Positions 1 through 12,316 of a stretch of DNA of 64,000 nucleotides are shown here, in pieces. The stretch's first letter is position 1. Each line of letters starts with the position of its first letter. The notes under the pieces were generated by a model, which made no database searches, was not told the origin of the DNA, and was given only the letters and a program-made list of their open reading frames with translations. The position numbers and the translations under genes were made by a program. Source of the stretch: Octopus sinensis (taxonomy: Eukaryota); the NCBI RefSeq assembly GCF_006345805.1, contig NC_042997.1:116374001-116438000 (forward strand), written 5' to 3'.

Positions 1-629
1 AAAGACACACACACACACGCTGTATTTATATGTATGATGGGCTTCCACACAGTTTCAGCCTATCAAATTCCCTCATGAGACATTGGTATGCATCTATAAT
101 TTGCATTTACAAATATATATTTTTGCATTTGTAAATGCAAAATATCCTTCCTCCTACTATGTATGATAGCTTGAAATTATAACTTTATCACTAACTATTT
201 ACATCATTAGCATAAGTGAAACCGGTTGACCATGTAAATATTTTATTTCGTGAAAATATACATATTTTTACCAACATAAAATTTCGTGTATATATATATA
301 TATATATACACATACACAATTCATTGATGTAAAACTGTTGAAGACAAAAGCAAGGGTTACTTCAGATCATTCCTCACATTTCAGAGTATAGAGAAGAAAG
401 TGATGTGAAGTGACAGCCCTTCCTTAGCTGAATGATTCCATATTGTAGGAATCCCTTACTATAAATATCAGAGCTTTGAATCCAACCAAGGCACATTTTT
501 CACCTTGGAATAGAAAAATATTTCAGCTAATAAAGTGAATTATCGAAGACTGCTATTTCTGTAATTTGATGAATATAATTAATTAATTAACCAACTAATT
601 AACTAGATTAATAATTGAAGAAAGAAAAT

Positions 630-633
630 CTCA

Positions 634-666
<33 letters not shown>

Positions 667-685
667 GTGTGTATGTATGTCTGTA

Positions 686-719
<34 letters not shown>

Positions 720-915
720 CATACACACACACTCACACATATATACCTGTATACATACATATGTATTGATGTGTATGTGTACATATATGCATATGCATTA
801 TGCTTGTGTGTATATGTATTTTATGTATGTATTTATATATTCTATATACATGCATGTGTGTGTATATATGTATGTGTATACACACACACGCACATACAGA
901 GAGAGAGAGAGAGAA
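630..915. repeat. Compound (CA)n/(TG)n/(TA)n/(GA)n microsatellite
   Basis: Direct inspection; accounts for spurious ORFs 615-980 and 667-960. Confidence 0.95.
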
Positions 916-2000
916 AGGGGTGCACAGTGGGAATGGTTAGAGGCAGATGGAAGCAAATAGCTCAACTGACAGAAAACTAAATAAATAAATAAACAAATAA
1001 GTAAATAAAACAAACAAACAAAGCCAAAAATATTGACAAAGCATTGGAAGAAAACATGAAAGAGTTTTATTGATTGCTGCCGGCAGAAGGTCATTTCAAA
1101 CTCAAACAATCAACACATCATTCACACATATTATCCAACATCGAAATATCACTGACTGACCTTTATTCTGTACAACAAAACAATCAAACTCGAAGATCAT
1201 TGTGTTTCTGATAGTAATTATTCAATATGGCTGCTCCGATCTCTTGATCTCACCACCACCCCTCCACCCCCCTGCTCCACCTGCCCCCTCTCTCTCTGTA
1301 GACTTTTGCTTTTGCCCCTTTTGTTTGCAGTTACGTAGATGCGTCTAGGCACTTGCTTATTTCAAATGAAAATTTGCTTGAATGACAAAACTTCTATAAA
1401 GAACTTGTAAATCACTTAACAAGATTTTAATTCCATTTTAAGTGTGGCTATGTGGTTAAGAAGCTTACTTCTTGGCCAAGCAGTTTCAGGTTCAAATCTC
1501 CTGTATCGTAGCTTCAGCTTAGCGTCTTCTTTTGCTCTGAACTGACCAAAGTATTGTGGGTGGAATTGGTTGGTAGAAACCGAAATAAATCCTCATATAC
1601 ATGCATACCTACATACGGTGTGTGCGTATATCTTTTTCTTTATTATTTTTTAAGCCTGGTACTTATCCTATTGGTCTCTTTTTCCAAACTAAGTTACACA
1701 CATACACACAATGTACTGTTCTGTGATGATAAGATCAAGAAAAATGTAATTCATCTGGTGGATGATGATGATGATGATGAATACATATTTTTATGTGTTA
1801 TTAGTTTCATGTGCTAAGAACATGACAAACATGGTTTTATAACATGTCTGACATCTTGGCACAGTCATCAGGCACTGTCCACATGATTATGCTGAGATGT
1901 CAGATAATAAAAAAATGTTTGGCATTTTCTCAGTACACACTAATAGTAGCACACAAAAACATGTATTGTGTTTATTAAATATATTGTGTGTTAGTATCAT

Positions 2001-2227
2001 GTGAGCTGGCAGAATTGTTAGCACGCTGGGCGAAATGTTTAGTGGTATTTCGTCTGCCATTACGTTCTGAGTTCAAATTCCGCCGAGGTTGGCTTTGCCT
2101 TTCATCTTTTCAGAGTCAATTAAATAAGTACCAGTTACGCACTGGGGTCGATGTAATCGACTTAATCCGTTTGTCTGTCCTTGTTTGTCCCCTCTATGTT
2201 TAGCCCTCTGTGGGCAATGAAGAAATA
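2001..2227 (+). mobile_element. tRNA-derived SINE family A (probable Meta/MESC-type central domain)
   Basis: A-box-like gagctggcagaa, B-box gagttcaaattcc, core gcctttcatcctttcggggtcgataaattaagtaccagt; more than 20 copies in the window. The domain name is from memory. Confidence 0.8.
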
Positions 2228-2715
2228 AATTTCATGTGATGGTTGTAAATGACCATCACCACCATACAGACAACATTGCTCTTTTCCTGTCTTCCATGAA
2301 GAACATTTCTGGCTTTAGGGAAATATTATCTTGCTCAAAAACGGGTGAAGTTTAGTGACAGGAAGGGCATCCAGCTGTGGAAAATCTGCCTCAACTAATT
2401 CCGTATGACCTTTGCAGGCATGGAACAATGAACGTTAAATGATAATTACCAAGAGAAAAACTTTCAATCATTGGTCCTGTTATCTCAGTCAAATCTATCA
2501 ATATATAAAATGTATCAGACTCTGAGTAAAATTGACAAACAAGGACTTGTTGGTGTCAAACTTACCATATTGCTTTACAAATTTTTACAGTTCCAGTGAT
2601 GGATTGGATCTGTAGTCTTAAAATTAGTTTTTACCTTTCTGGTTTTGAGAAGCCTAATTTCTCAAGATTAATATTTAGGGTGTGTCTGTTTGCTGTCAAT
2701 CAACCAGTCACCATC

Positions 2716-2937
2716 TACATTATTTACATTCTTTACATTTGACAGATATTTGTCCTCATCTTGTTTGTTGTTAACACTTTTCAGCTGATATACCCTCCAA
2801 CCTTCATCAGGTGTCTTGGGGAAATTTCGAATCTGGGTTCTCATTCATAAGACATTTTACAATGTTATTATTATTATCATTATTATTCAGGTCGGAATCT
2901 TGGGGTTAGTAGCCTGCGCTCTTAACCACAGCGCCAT
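2716..2937 (-). mobile_element. Family E copy (head with B-box deleted; hammerhead core damaged)
   Basis: Reverse complement: atggcgctgtggttaagagcgcaggctactaaccccaag...gacacctgatgaaggttggagggtatatcagctgaaaagtgtt. Confidence 0.8.
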
Positions 2938-4483
2938 CTAATCTCCATTTTCCATGCTTGCTTGGGTTGGATGGTTTGACAAGGTCTGGTGAGCTGCAGA
3001 GCTGAATCAGGCCTCAATGTCAGTTTTGCGCATTTGTTTTCTGCAGCTGTATGTCTTTGCTAACACCAACCACTTTACAGTCTGTGCTGGGAGCAATTTT
3101 TGTGACACTGGCACTAATGAGGCTAGAAAGACAAAGAAAAATCCCCCTTGACTGAGTGGGGTGTGTGCATAAGAGATGGGAAGGTGGCTTTATGTCAGGT
3201 GGTCAAGACCAAAGAATAACAGAGGGATGAACCACAGGTGTCTTATAATAGAGGAGATACAATGCTACCCCGCATTATGTGAGGGTGTGTGAGATTAACT
3301 GGAAGGGAGATAAAAATGGTGGTGGTGGTGGTGAGGTGCCAGATCATACTCTCATGATACAAGAAAACGAGAATAAGGGAGACCATGGACAAGCAGAAGA
3401 TCAGGAGGGAATGAAAGGATGGGTAATTTCATAAGAGTCTGAATGGAAGGCATCAAATGGTTAGAGATAAATGTAGTGAGTTATGAAAAAAGGTGGCGGT
3501 GTAGTTGATGGTAAATATCAGTATGGGAGAAGTGAGAGAAAGATGGAAGTGGTTCAAGAAGGAGATGACAAGTAGCAGCTCAAGTGGAATGGAGATCAGC
3601 TGTGTCATAAATTTATAAACAGATCAGAAAGTATGGAGATAATGTTCTGAGTGTGAGAGTGGAAGGGGGAGGTGAGGATGATGAACAGTGGAAAAGATGG
3701 TGGTTATAGTGATTGGAGCAACAAAAGTGGGGGGCATTGATGGTAGGTATGAGAGAGTGTTTAGAATGATAGCTGTTAGCAGAGGTTTTCAGGTGAGATG
3801 TGACAGACCTAAGATGTAGCTCAGAGGGAAAGGAAAGACAGCTGAAGGCACAGAAAAGGGGCCTAGACAGAGATGGGAACGAAGGATAGGGTTTAAAAAG
3901 GGAGTGGTTCCTGTAGGAGGAAGGGGTAACAGGTTGTGCAAAAGGGGGAAAGAAAACGTGTTGATTCTGCTCTCAAATGGTTACAGCAGTTGCGTAGGGC
4001 TATAGTTTGAGGGCTGATAAGACTCTTCAACTGAGTAGGGTGCAGTATTGAGTATGTGCTACAGTGGGACAAGAACAAGTATCATGTTGAAGGTAAACAC
4101 ATGGCCAGGCAGGTAGGCACGAGGTGAATATGAAAGAGAGAATGGGAAAGAGGAGCAGAAACTGTGGCCAGATGAGTGAGTGCACTAAAGTGGAAAATGT
4201 GGCTGATGATTCGGGATTGAGTTGGACAGAGTAGATATAAGTTTGAGGGAGAGTGAAGGAAATGAAAAGGAGATGATAGGAGACAGTAGTAGGGATACAG
4301 TATGTGGGGAAGGTTAGATAGGAAAATTAACATTAAATGATTATTTACAAATCTCAATGAAAATAAACTTTATTGGACTAATTAAGCCAAATGTTTAGAA
4401 TCAGTTGATTCTACGATGAGAAAGGACTACACAGAATGAGACAAGTAAGAGGGAGAGTCACTGAAGAAGTCACAAGATGTGTG

Positions 4484-4675
4484 ATGAAAGATTTCCAGAT
4501 GAAGGACATGAAAGGTTTCTGGATGACGGGCATGAAAGATTTCCAGATGAAGGCCATGAAAGATTTCCAGATGAAGGACATGAAAGTTTTCTGGATGAAG
4601 AGCATGAAAGATTTCCAGATGAAGGCCATGAAAGATTTCCAGATGAAGGACATGAAAGATTTCCAGGTGAAGGAC
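4484..4675 (+). repeat. 24-bp minisatellite, 8 units with a 72-bp higher-order period
   Basis: Unit ATGAAAGATTTCCAGATGAAGGAC; variant order A-B-C-A-B'-C-A-A'. Confidence 0.95.
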
Positions 4676-5404
4676 ATAAAATAAGAACAATAATAAATCT
4701 GGAAAAATGAATATATAATGCCTGTGTTTATTTACCCCGCTCCCCAAATGACCCTCCCAAAATATAATTATTCTACAATGATTGTTCATCAGTTTTCTTA
4801 AAGCTTAATTAATGTAATTATTATGGTGTTAATTACTTTGTATATGAATAAGAAATCATTACTGGTCATTTGTTCCTATTGCCATTATTAATTATTACCT
4901 AATGATATATTTATAAACTTATAAAACACAGATATAATGTCTAACATCAGTCAATAACCTTATGGATTCTGCCCGCCATTCGTTTATAGAATGTTCCAGA
5001 GTAATTGACAAGAACAAGTTTCTCGTGTTGGTTCAGTATTGTAATTATGGTACTTGTCCTGTAATTTATCAGAAAGCTAAAACTTTATAAGAAGTGTTGT
5101 CTAGAAAACTGTTGTCTTTAAGACATATTGTTGTTATTTTGTAGATTGGTGTAGGATGGCTGGGTGGTTAAAAAGTGCTTCCCATCCTTGGTGTTCTGGG
5201 TTCAGTCTCACTGTGTGGCATCTTGAGTAAAGTGTCTTCTAATATAGCCCTGGACTGTCCGAAGCCTTGTGAGGTAGATTTGGGAGATGAAAGCTGAAAG
5301 CAGTCCATCATATGTACGTGCGTTCATGCATACATGCATGTATACATATTTACATACAGCTTGAAGAAGACAGTAGAATTGACATGAAGCACAGCCTCTC
5401 TTGG

Positions 5405-5870
5405 ACACAAAACCTCTACATCACATCACATCACACTTTGAAGGCTATGTGTTTGTAATCCAAGAACGGGGAGATTGCCACAAAGTACCTGGTGAACAAG
5501 AGAGACAGTGACGCTCTTGTAATCCCAATGTGCAACCACGTGTAGGCTATGTCATGTTTCTGTGGAAGACATGCATGTGATTAGCAGCTGGCCTACAATG
5601 TCATCACAGTATTACCTCCCTATGCAGCACGATGTTGTTGCTAAAATAATTTACAATGCCATCTACAATAAAGACTATCCTGAAATAAACTTAGAAAACC
5701 CCTCTGTTATGGAATCCATTCATAAACACCAACTCAAGGAATACTGGTGGAATATTCCCATCAAAACGTCTGTCAAATGTAAGCATAATAGGCCGGATAT
5801 TGTTGTTTGGGACAGAAGGGCAAAGGTATGTGCCATCATAGAGGTCAGCTGCCCTGCAGATGTAAAGCAT
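5405..5870 (+). mobile_element. Fragment of an R4/Dong-like non-LTR retrotransposon (C-terminal zinc knuckle and restriction-like endonuclease), frameshifted
   Basis: SHFEGYVF.IQE.EIATKYL...CRLC...RHD-like QHDVVAKII...HNRPDIVVWD...CAIIEVSCPAD: CCHC region followed by the PD-(D/E)xK-type RLE motif; ORF 5562-5885. Confidence 0.8.
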
Positions 5871-6984
5871 CACCCTAACCACTAAGCCTTGTGCCTCCAC
5901 ACTCTGTAATTGTGGATTGGTAAAGTTGTTCAAATATCAGAGAGGATGTCTTTCAGTATCTGTTCCAGTACTGTCTAAAGTTGAGACAGTGTCATGTGAC
6001 AACTTGCTGGGGCTGCCTGCTGGAGCCTAGCAGCAGGTATTTAAGGGGAAATTTGACAAGACAGTCAGTCGCCCGCCACTCGTTGACGCTACATCGAAGA
6101 GGCCAGGGAACAGAAGAAAGAAGACATGCACCCAACACCAGAGCTGAATATACCTCCAAAAGGGGGTGGGGCGTCAAAACGGTAGAGGAGTAGGGGCTGA
6201 AACCGGACGTGGTTCTTCCTAATGATGTCTTGAGCTAACTGGATCCTATAAAGGAGCTGTTGTGGTAGCAGATCACGAAACACGGTTGAAATTCCTCATT
6301 GAAAATGGAAATCAGTGAGACTTCTATTAGGAGTTGCAACCAACAGACAGTCTCAACAAGTGAAAAACTAACAGAAGCATAGCTTCCTTGCTTTGATTGG
6401 AAGATCGTCTGTGAAAAAACATGATTTTGATATTTCCTATAATCAGTGGATTTTAATGTAAAATATTCTCTCTGTCTCCTGCAGTTTCATTATGTCATCA
6501 GCATTTATTGATGATCAGAGGACAACGGATTTAGCAATAGAGTTGTTATGCATTCTAAATCATATTTGAGTCCTAGCTTTTTTTTTTTTTTGCGTAATTT
6601 CATAGAAGCACAAAATGTGATTTTAAAAATGTACAAGTTCTCCTGCATATTCGCTGCATTATATAAATATGTCACTTTGGTAGAAGTGTTAAGCAGGATC
6701 AATAGGCTTTACTTTCCATTAACACATTACGTAAATCTCTTGACTGAATGGAATTATTTTCAGTGATATCCTTTCTTATAATTCTTCAACTTTGAACATT
6801 GCAATCAGCTTGTTTCTATGAACAACCAACCGTTTTAAATGATATCTACAAATGTTCTAAATTCTGAAAATGTAGCATTAGTTCAGCATAAGCACAAGCA
6901 TTAGCTTTTAGGTGCAGGCATGCTTGTGTGGCAAGCACATGGTTCTGGGTTCAGTGCCACTGCATGGCACCTTTGGGCAAATGT

Positions 6985-7225
6985 GGAGGTGCGTGGCTTA
7001 GTGGTTAGGGGTGTCAGCATCATGATCTTAAGATTGTGGTTTCGATTCCTGGACCAGGCGAAGCGTTGTATTCTTGAGCAAAATACTTCATTTCATGTTG
7101 CTCCAGTCCACTCAGCTGTCAAAAATGAGTAACGCTGCGATGAACTGGTGTCTGTCCAGCTGGGGGAACACATACGCCACTGAAACCGGGCCCATGAGCC
7201 TGGCTAGGCTTTAAAAGGGCGCATT
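6985..7225 (+). mobile_element. tRNA-headed SINE family F, nested in a family B copy; relatives at ~10345-10535, 19870-20040, 27270-27385(-), 43150-43365(-), 45185-45480 and 57680-57975
   Basis: gtggcttagtggttagg A-box, gtttcgattcc B-box, CORE-like ttcttgagcaaaatacttcatttcatgttgctccagtccactcagctg. Confidence 0.7.
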
Positions 7226-7364
7226 TCCTTTTTTTTTTTCTTACCTTTGGGCAAATATCTTCTACTGTATCCACAAGGTGACCAAAACCTTGTGAGTTGA
7301 TCAGGTAAATGGAAAAACATATATATCCATCCCTTCAACTTCTCCACCCACTATTCCTAGGATA

Positions 7365-7774
7365 AAGGCTGCGAGCTGGCAGAAACATTAGCACGCCGGG
7401 CGAAATGCTTAGCAGTATTTCATCTGCCATTACGTTCTGAGTTCAAATTCCACCGAGGTCGACTTTGCCTTTCATCTTTTCGGGGTCGATAAATTATGTA
7501 CCAGTTACGCACTGGGGTTGATATAATTGACTTAATCTGTTTGTCTGTCCTTGTTTGTCCCCTCTATGTTTAGCCCCTTGTGGGCAATAAAGAAATAAGA
7601 AACATTAGCACATCTGTCTTTATGTTCTGAGTTCAAACTCTGCCAAAGTCAACTTTACCTTTCATCCCTTTGGGGGTCAATAAATTAAGTACCAGTTGCA
7701 TACTGGGGTTGATCTATTCAACTGGCCCTCTCCTACAAAATTTTGGGCCTTGTGCCTAGGGTAGAAAAAAGAAT
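7365..7774 (+). mobile_element. SINE family A dimer (two different 3' tails)
   Basis: Head-core-tail1 followed by core-tail2 (ggccctctcc..aaaattttgggccttgtgcctag). Confidence 0.8.
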
Positions 7775-8225
7775 GTCCTCAGTTACTGCCTCCATTGGGT
7801 CCTATCAGAAGCAACCATCATGAAATTTTGGGGCCGGGTTCCCAAACACAATCAGTTGAGACTATGCATATCATCTAACAATCTTGTTCTACCCCTAGGG
7901 ATCCTGGTTGACTTGGATTGAAGAAGCCATCTTATGATCCTTTGCTGTGATGTTCTAATTAAATATATATTTTAATATTTGTGTATCTGTGTCCATGACT
8001 TGACAGCTTCTATTGGTTTGTTTGCATCCCAGTAACTTAGTAGTTTGGATAAAAGAGACTGATAGAATAAGTACCGGGCTGAAACAAGAACCGGTGTTGA
8101 TGTATTCAACTGAACCCTTCAAGGCAGTGCCCCAACATAGCCGCAGTCCAATGACTGAAGCAAGTAATAGATAAAATATGTCTGGTTGTTATGTGTGTCA
8201 GCAGGATCAATAGATTCCCTATTAA

Positions 8226-8697
8226 CCCTTTTGTTACCAACCCGGCTGAAACCAGCTCTGGCTCTGAGTACAAATGTCTTGTTTTCATAAGTTTTGAATT
8301 AAAATCTTCCACCAAACCTTAGTCACAATTTATGTTCCTAACACTAACTGAATGATAACTAAGTTATTTTACTAAATTCTTTGTTATATTTAAAGTAATT
8401 GAAAGAAATACAGAGCATCTCAACAGAAATATGGTAACAAAAGGGTTAAAATATATAATAGAGAAACAATTCTTAACCCTTTTGTTACCAAACCTGGCTG
8501 AAACCAGCTCTGGTTCTGAGAACAAATGTCTTGTTTTCATAAGTTTTGAATTAAAATCTTCCACCAAACCTTAGTCACAATTTATGTTCCTAACACTAGC
8601 TGAATGATAACTAAGTTATTTTACTAAATTCTTTGTTATATTTAAAGTAATTGAAAGAAATACAGAGCATCTCAAAATAAATACAGTAACAAAAGGG
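8226..8697. mobile_element. piggyBac-type MITE dimer (units 8226-8445 and 8477-8697)
   Basis: 14-bp TIR CCCTTTTGTTACCA, each unit bounded by TTAA; 251-bp period. Confidence 0.9.
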
Positions 8698-9835
8698 TTA
8701 AAATATATAATAGAGAAACAATTTTTAAACCATCACAGAAATCTCCTGACTGAATAGAATCATTTTCAATGATACCGTTCCTTATAATTCTTCATCTTTC
8801 AGCATTATGATCAGCTCATTTTTGTGAACAACCAGTATTTTTAAATGATGCCTACACATGTTCTACATTAAAAAATATAACATCAGTTCAGCATACATGA
8901 TGTTTCGAAAACAGTCTCTTTATTTCATACACGCCAGATATCATCTAAATATTTCGACAACCACAAACTATTTATTTACACTAATCTTTTAACCCGAAAA
9001 CACATGCATTGCTGTTTTTCTAGTTTTTAAAGAATTTTCTTCATTCTTTATAAATTTCCTTTTCTGTTTGTAAAGCCAGCTTCTCTAAAAGGAGGGGAAA
9101 TTTTCACAGTACATCCAGCTGATCTCAATAAGAAGTACCAAGTTTGAGAAAACCGAAATCTAAATTATAAGCCGGCATTGAATAAGCCTTTTATTCTTCT
9201 AAGTCAGGTAATTTTTCAATGAAGCAACGCTGCTATTACTATGCAAAAAGTGCTATTAAATTGCTCCTCATGGAAACAAAATTATAGCAGTTATCCTTCA
9301 CATGGGAAAAAAGAAAAACTATTGTTACTAAAAGCTACAATGTTGTTTAGATCCAAACCTACACATTGTTATTATTATTATTATTATTATTATCATTACT
9401 ATTTTTTTCAACTATTCCTATCACTTTCGATGATAGAATATCAATAATGGCTTTCTAAAAATAGCAAAAGTTTGTCTGAATACAACTGGGTGAGATAAAA
9501 AAAAAATGCGTTTCAAACAATGAAGATTATTATTATTATTATTATTGGTGAAAATGCTTGTTTACCAACGGAGAATTGAAAAGGAAAATATTGGCTTAGT
9601 TTTTCAGCAAGCTGATTATTATCGTGAAACGAAACAATAATACGTTTTGAGAAAAGAAACTACTTGTTAATTCACACTTCTTAAATGTGGGCACAAAATA
9701 AAGAGCTTTAAATATCTAGGGTATATTATTAGTAGAAGATGAAGCTTTGTCAGTGGTAACTTACTTTTGTGTTTCTGTTCAAGCAACTATATATATAGAT
9801 GTGTGTTTGTGTTTGTATGTATATATATATATATA

Positions 9836-10036
9836 TTATGGAGATGTACTTGCATAGCAAGTGACCTGATCTGAGATCGTGTGCTGGAATGAAAACAATT
9901 GCACCATGGAAGGTGTTTAGAAGCCATTTAAGAAACACAAAAACTGTTAGATTCACTTCAACATTTAAATTTAATTTGCCAAAATATTTTCGTTGCTTTG
10001 AGACCATGACATGTTCACCAACAAAATTCCATGCTA
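9836..10036 (-). mobile_element. Repeat family H, second copy, preceded on its own strand by a possible coding remnant (ORF 10058-10315)
   Basis: Reverse complement aligns with 17139-17338 over about 200 nt. Confidence 0.65.
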
Positions 10037-10719
10037 TATATACACTATGGAATTTATTTATCGATATGGTTGTATATTGGGTAAATGTGTTTGAAAGTTG
10101 TGGTTTCTTTGGTTTGTTTGTTCCCAAACAACACTTATTTTAGTGCTGGTGACACCACCGGATTGAATGGTACTGCCCAGGTGTCGAAACCATAATGATA
10201 TCAGTGGGGCAGCTGATGATGGAGGTATCTTGGATTGTTGATATGACTGTTTTTGTATATATGGATTAGTATTATTGGATTGTTGGTATGACTGTGGAAT
10301 AGTTTTATAACACATCCTTTTAATATATATATATGTATATGTAAAGGTGCGTGGCTTAGTGGTTAGGGCATTTGACTCACAATCATAAGTTCATGAGTTC
10401 AATTCCTGGCGATGCATTGTGTCCTTGAGCATTACACTTTATTTCCCATTGCTCCAGTCCACTCAGCTGGCAAAAATGAGTAGTAACTGTATTTCAAAGG
10501 CCAGCCTTGTCACATTCTGTGTCATGCTGAATCTCCCTTTTTTTTATATCTTCTAACACAGAGGTTCTCAAACTTTTTGGACCACTGTCCTCCTCATGGC
10601 CACATAATACCTCCAGTGCCCCCACCCCTATTTTTATGTATAAATATATATTTTATATTTTACTAATTTATATACACTATGAATCATTTGATATTTGATA
10701 TATTATATAATATGTCAGC

Positions 10720-10970
10720 ATCGCCTTACTGGCACTTATGCCGGTGGCACATGAAAAACATTTGAGCGAGGTCGTTGCTAGTACCGCCTGACTGGCCCTC
10801 ATGCCGTTGGCACGTAAAAGTGGTTGGTATTAGGAAGGGCATCCAGCTGTAGAAACTCTGCCAGATCAGATTGGAACCTGGTGCAGCCATCTGGTTCGCC
10901 AGTCCTCAGTCAAATCGTCCAACCCATGCTAGCATGGAAAGTGGACATTAAACAATGGTGATGATGATGA
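10720..10970 (+). mobile_element. RTE 3'-end copy
   Basis: Matches the 3' UTR of the 55349-56560 element; (GAT)n tail. Confidence 0.85.
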
Positions 10971-11039
10971 TTGTATATAATTCTATAATAATACTATAAA
11001 TTCATAGTGCTCTCCAATCCACTGCCTTTCTCCCAATGT

Positions 11040-11362
11040 CCTTTAGTCGAACAAATCGACCCCCAGGACTTATTCTTTGTAAGCCTAGTAGTACTTATTC
11101 TATCAGTCTCCCTTACTGAACCGCTAAGTTACGGAGACGTAAACACACCAGCATTGGTTGTCAAGTGATCATGGCAGGGACAAACACACGTATATATATG
11201 ACGGACTTCTTTCAGTTTTCGTCTACCAAATCCACTCACAAGGCTTTGGTCAGCCAGAGGCTATAGTAAAAGACACTTGCCCAAGGTGCCATGCAGTGGG
11301 ACTGAACCCAGAACAATGTGGTTGGTAAGCAAGCTACTTACCACACAGCCACTCCTGCACCT
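11040..11362 (-). mobile_element. SINE family B copy
   Basis: Head, linker and 3' half match family B. Confidence 0.8.
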
Positions 11363-12316
11363 ACTTAAGAATTCATACTTTCGAAAGAATGTAAAATGAT
11401 GTATTTTTTGTTAATGGTAAATATTCCAAGCAAATGCTGAAGCTATAAATGACAGCATATAAACATAAGGTTGAAAAACTCTTCTGGAAAGAAAAATCCC
11501 ATAGGACTTGAACCTACATTTCTTGTAGATGTGACAGGTGTTTTATTTATAGCTTTATCATTTACTTTCCAATCCATTATTCCAAGAAGGAATTATTTAA
11601 TGTTTTCTTGAAGTCTATAAGTTCTTAGTAATTCAAAAGCATACAATGTCTCCAAAATGGATTGCTTTGTTTTTATGGTAGAACACCTGTTTACCTAAAC
11701 CAAGAAAAAAGTAACACAAGGTCTGTACATGTGCTTTATCTCTTTAATTTATTTTAGCCATCATGTCTAAGGTCATACTGGATCACCACCTTCATAAAAT
11801 AGTAGTAGTAGTATAGGAGCAGGCACTAACAGTGCATCCACTGTTTGTTGAGAATTCCTTACTAATCCTGGCAGGTGATGCCTTTGCACTACTCAGGTGA
11901 CAATCCTCCAACCCATCGGTCTGTTTGGGTCATCGTGGCCAGTGAGGGTTTTATGAGGCTGGAATGCAAATCCTACCTCAGCCACTTTTGGTCACATTTT
12001 TATGACACGCAGCAGCGGAAGCATTGGGTTTATTCTTTTACATGCCAGTCCCCATCCCCAACACAACACACAAAGAATAATGGTCACTCCATATTTACAT
12101 TTGGTTTTTGGTTCACCAAGGATTTCAGTAATTTTAACAATGGACTGGCAGTATCCTTAAAATGTTGGACAAAATGCTTTACAGTAATTAGCCATGGCAC
12201 TTTTCATTCTGAGCTTAAATCCACCCAAGCTTAATTTTATCTTCCATCTTTCTGGGATCTGTACAATAAAATACCACAGGCAACCTTTAGCCATTTCTAT
12301 CCAAAAGGGTCTTTAA

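Noticed and set aside
361-1400. Possible first exon or promoter and exon of a neighbouring minus-strand gene
   Set aside because: Candidate exons have stops in all frames and no recognisable protein; cannot be supported without transcripts
3110-4340. Classification of the GA-rich blocks (also 18360-18690 and 40712-41230) as a specific LINE or Penelope ORF
   Set aside because: They look like decayed retroelement bodies, but I could not recover a diagnostic motif, so they are left unclassified
4477-4710. Neuropeptide-precursor reading of (HERFPDEG)n
   Set aside because: No signal peptide, no dibasic cleavage sites, RF is not followed by G, and no splice support
9076-9207. Plus-strand exon PASLKGGEIFTVHPADLNKKYQV* after a strong pyrimidine tract
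   Set aside because: No partner exon or homology found; such tracts are common in this AT-rich DNA
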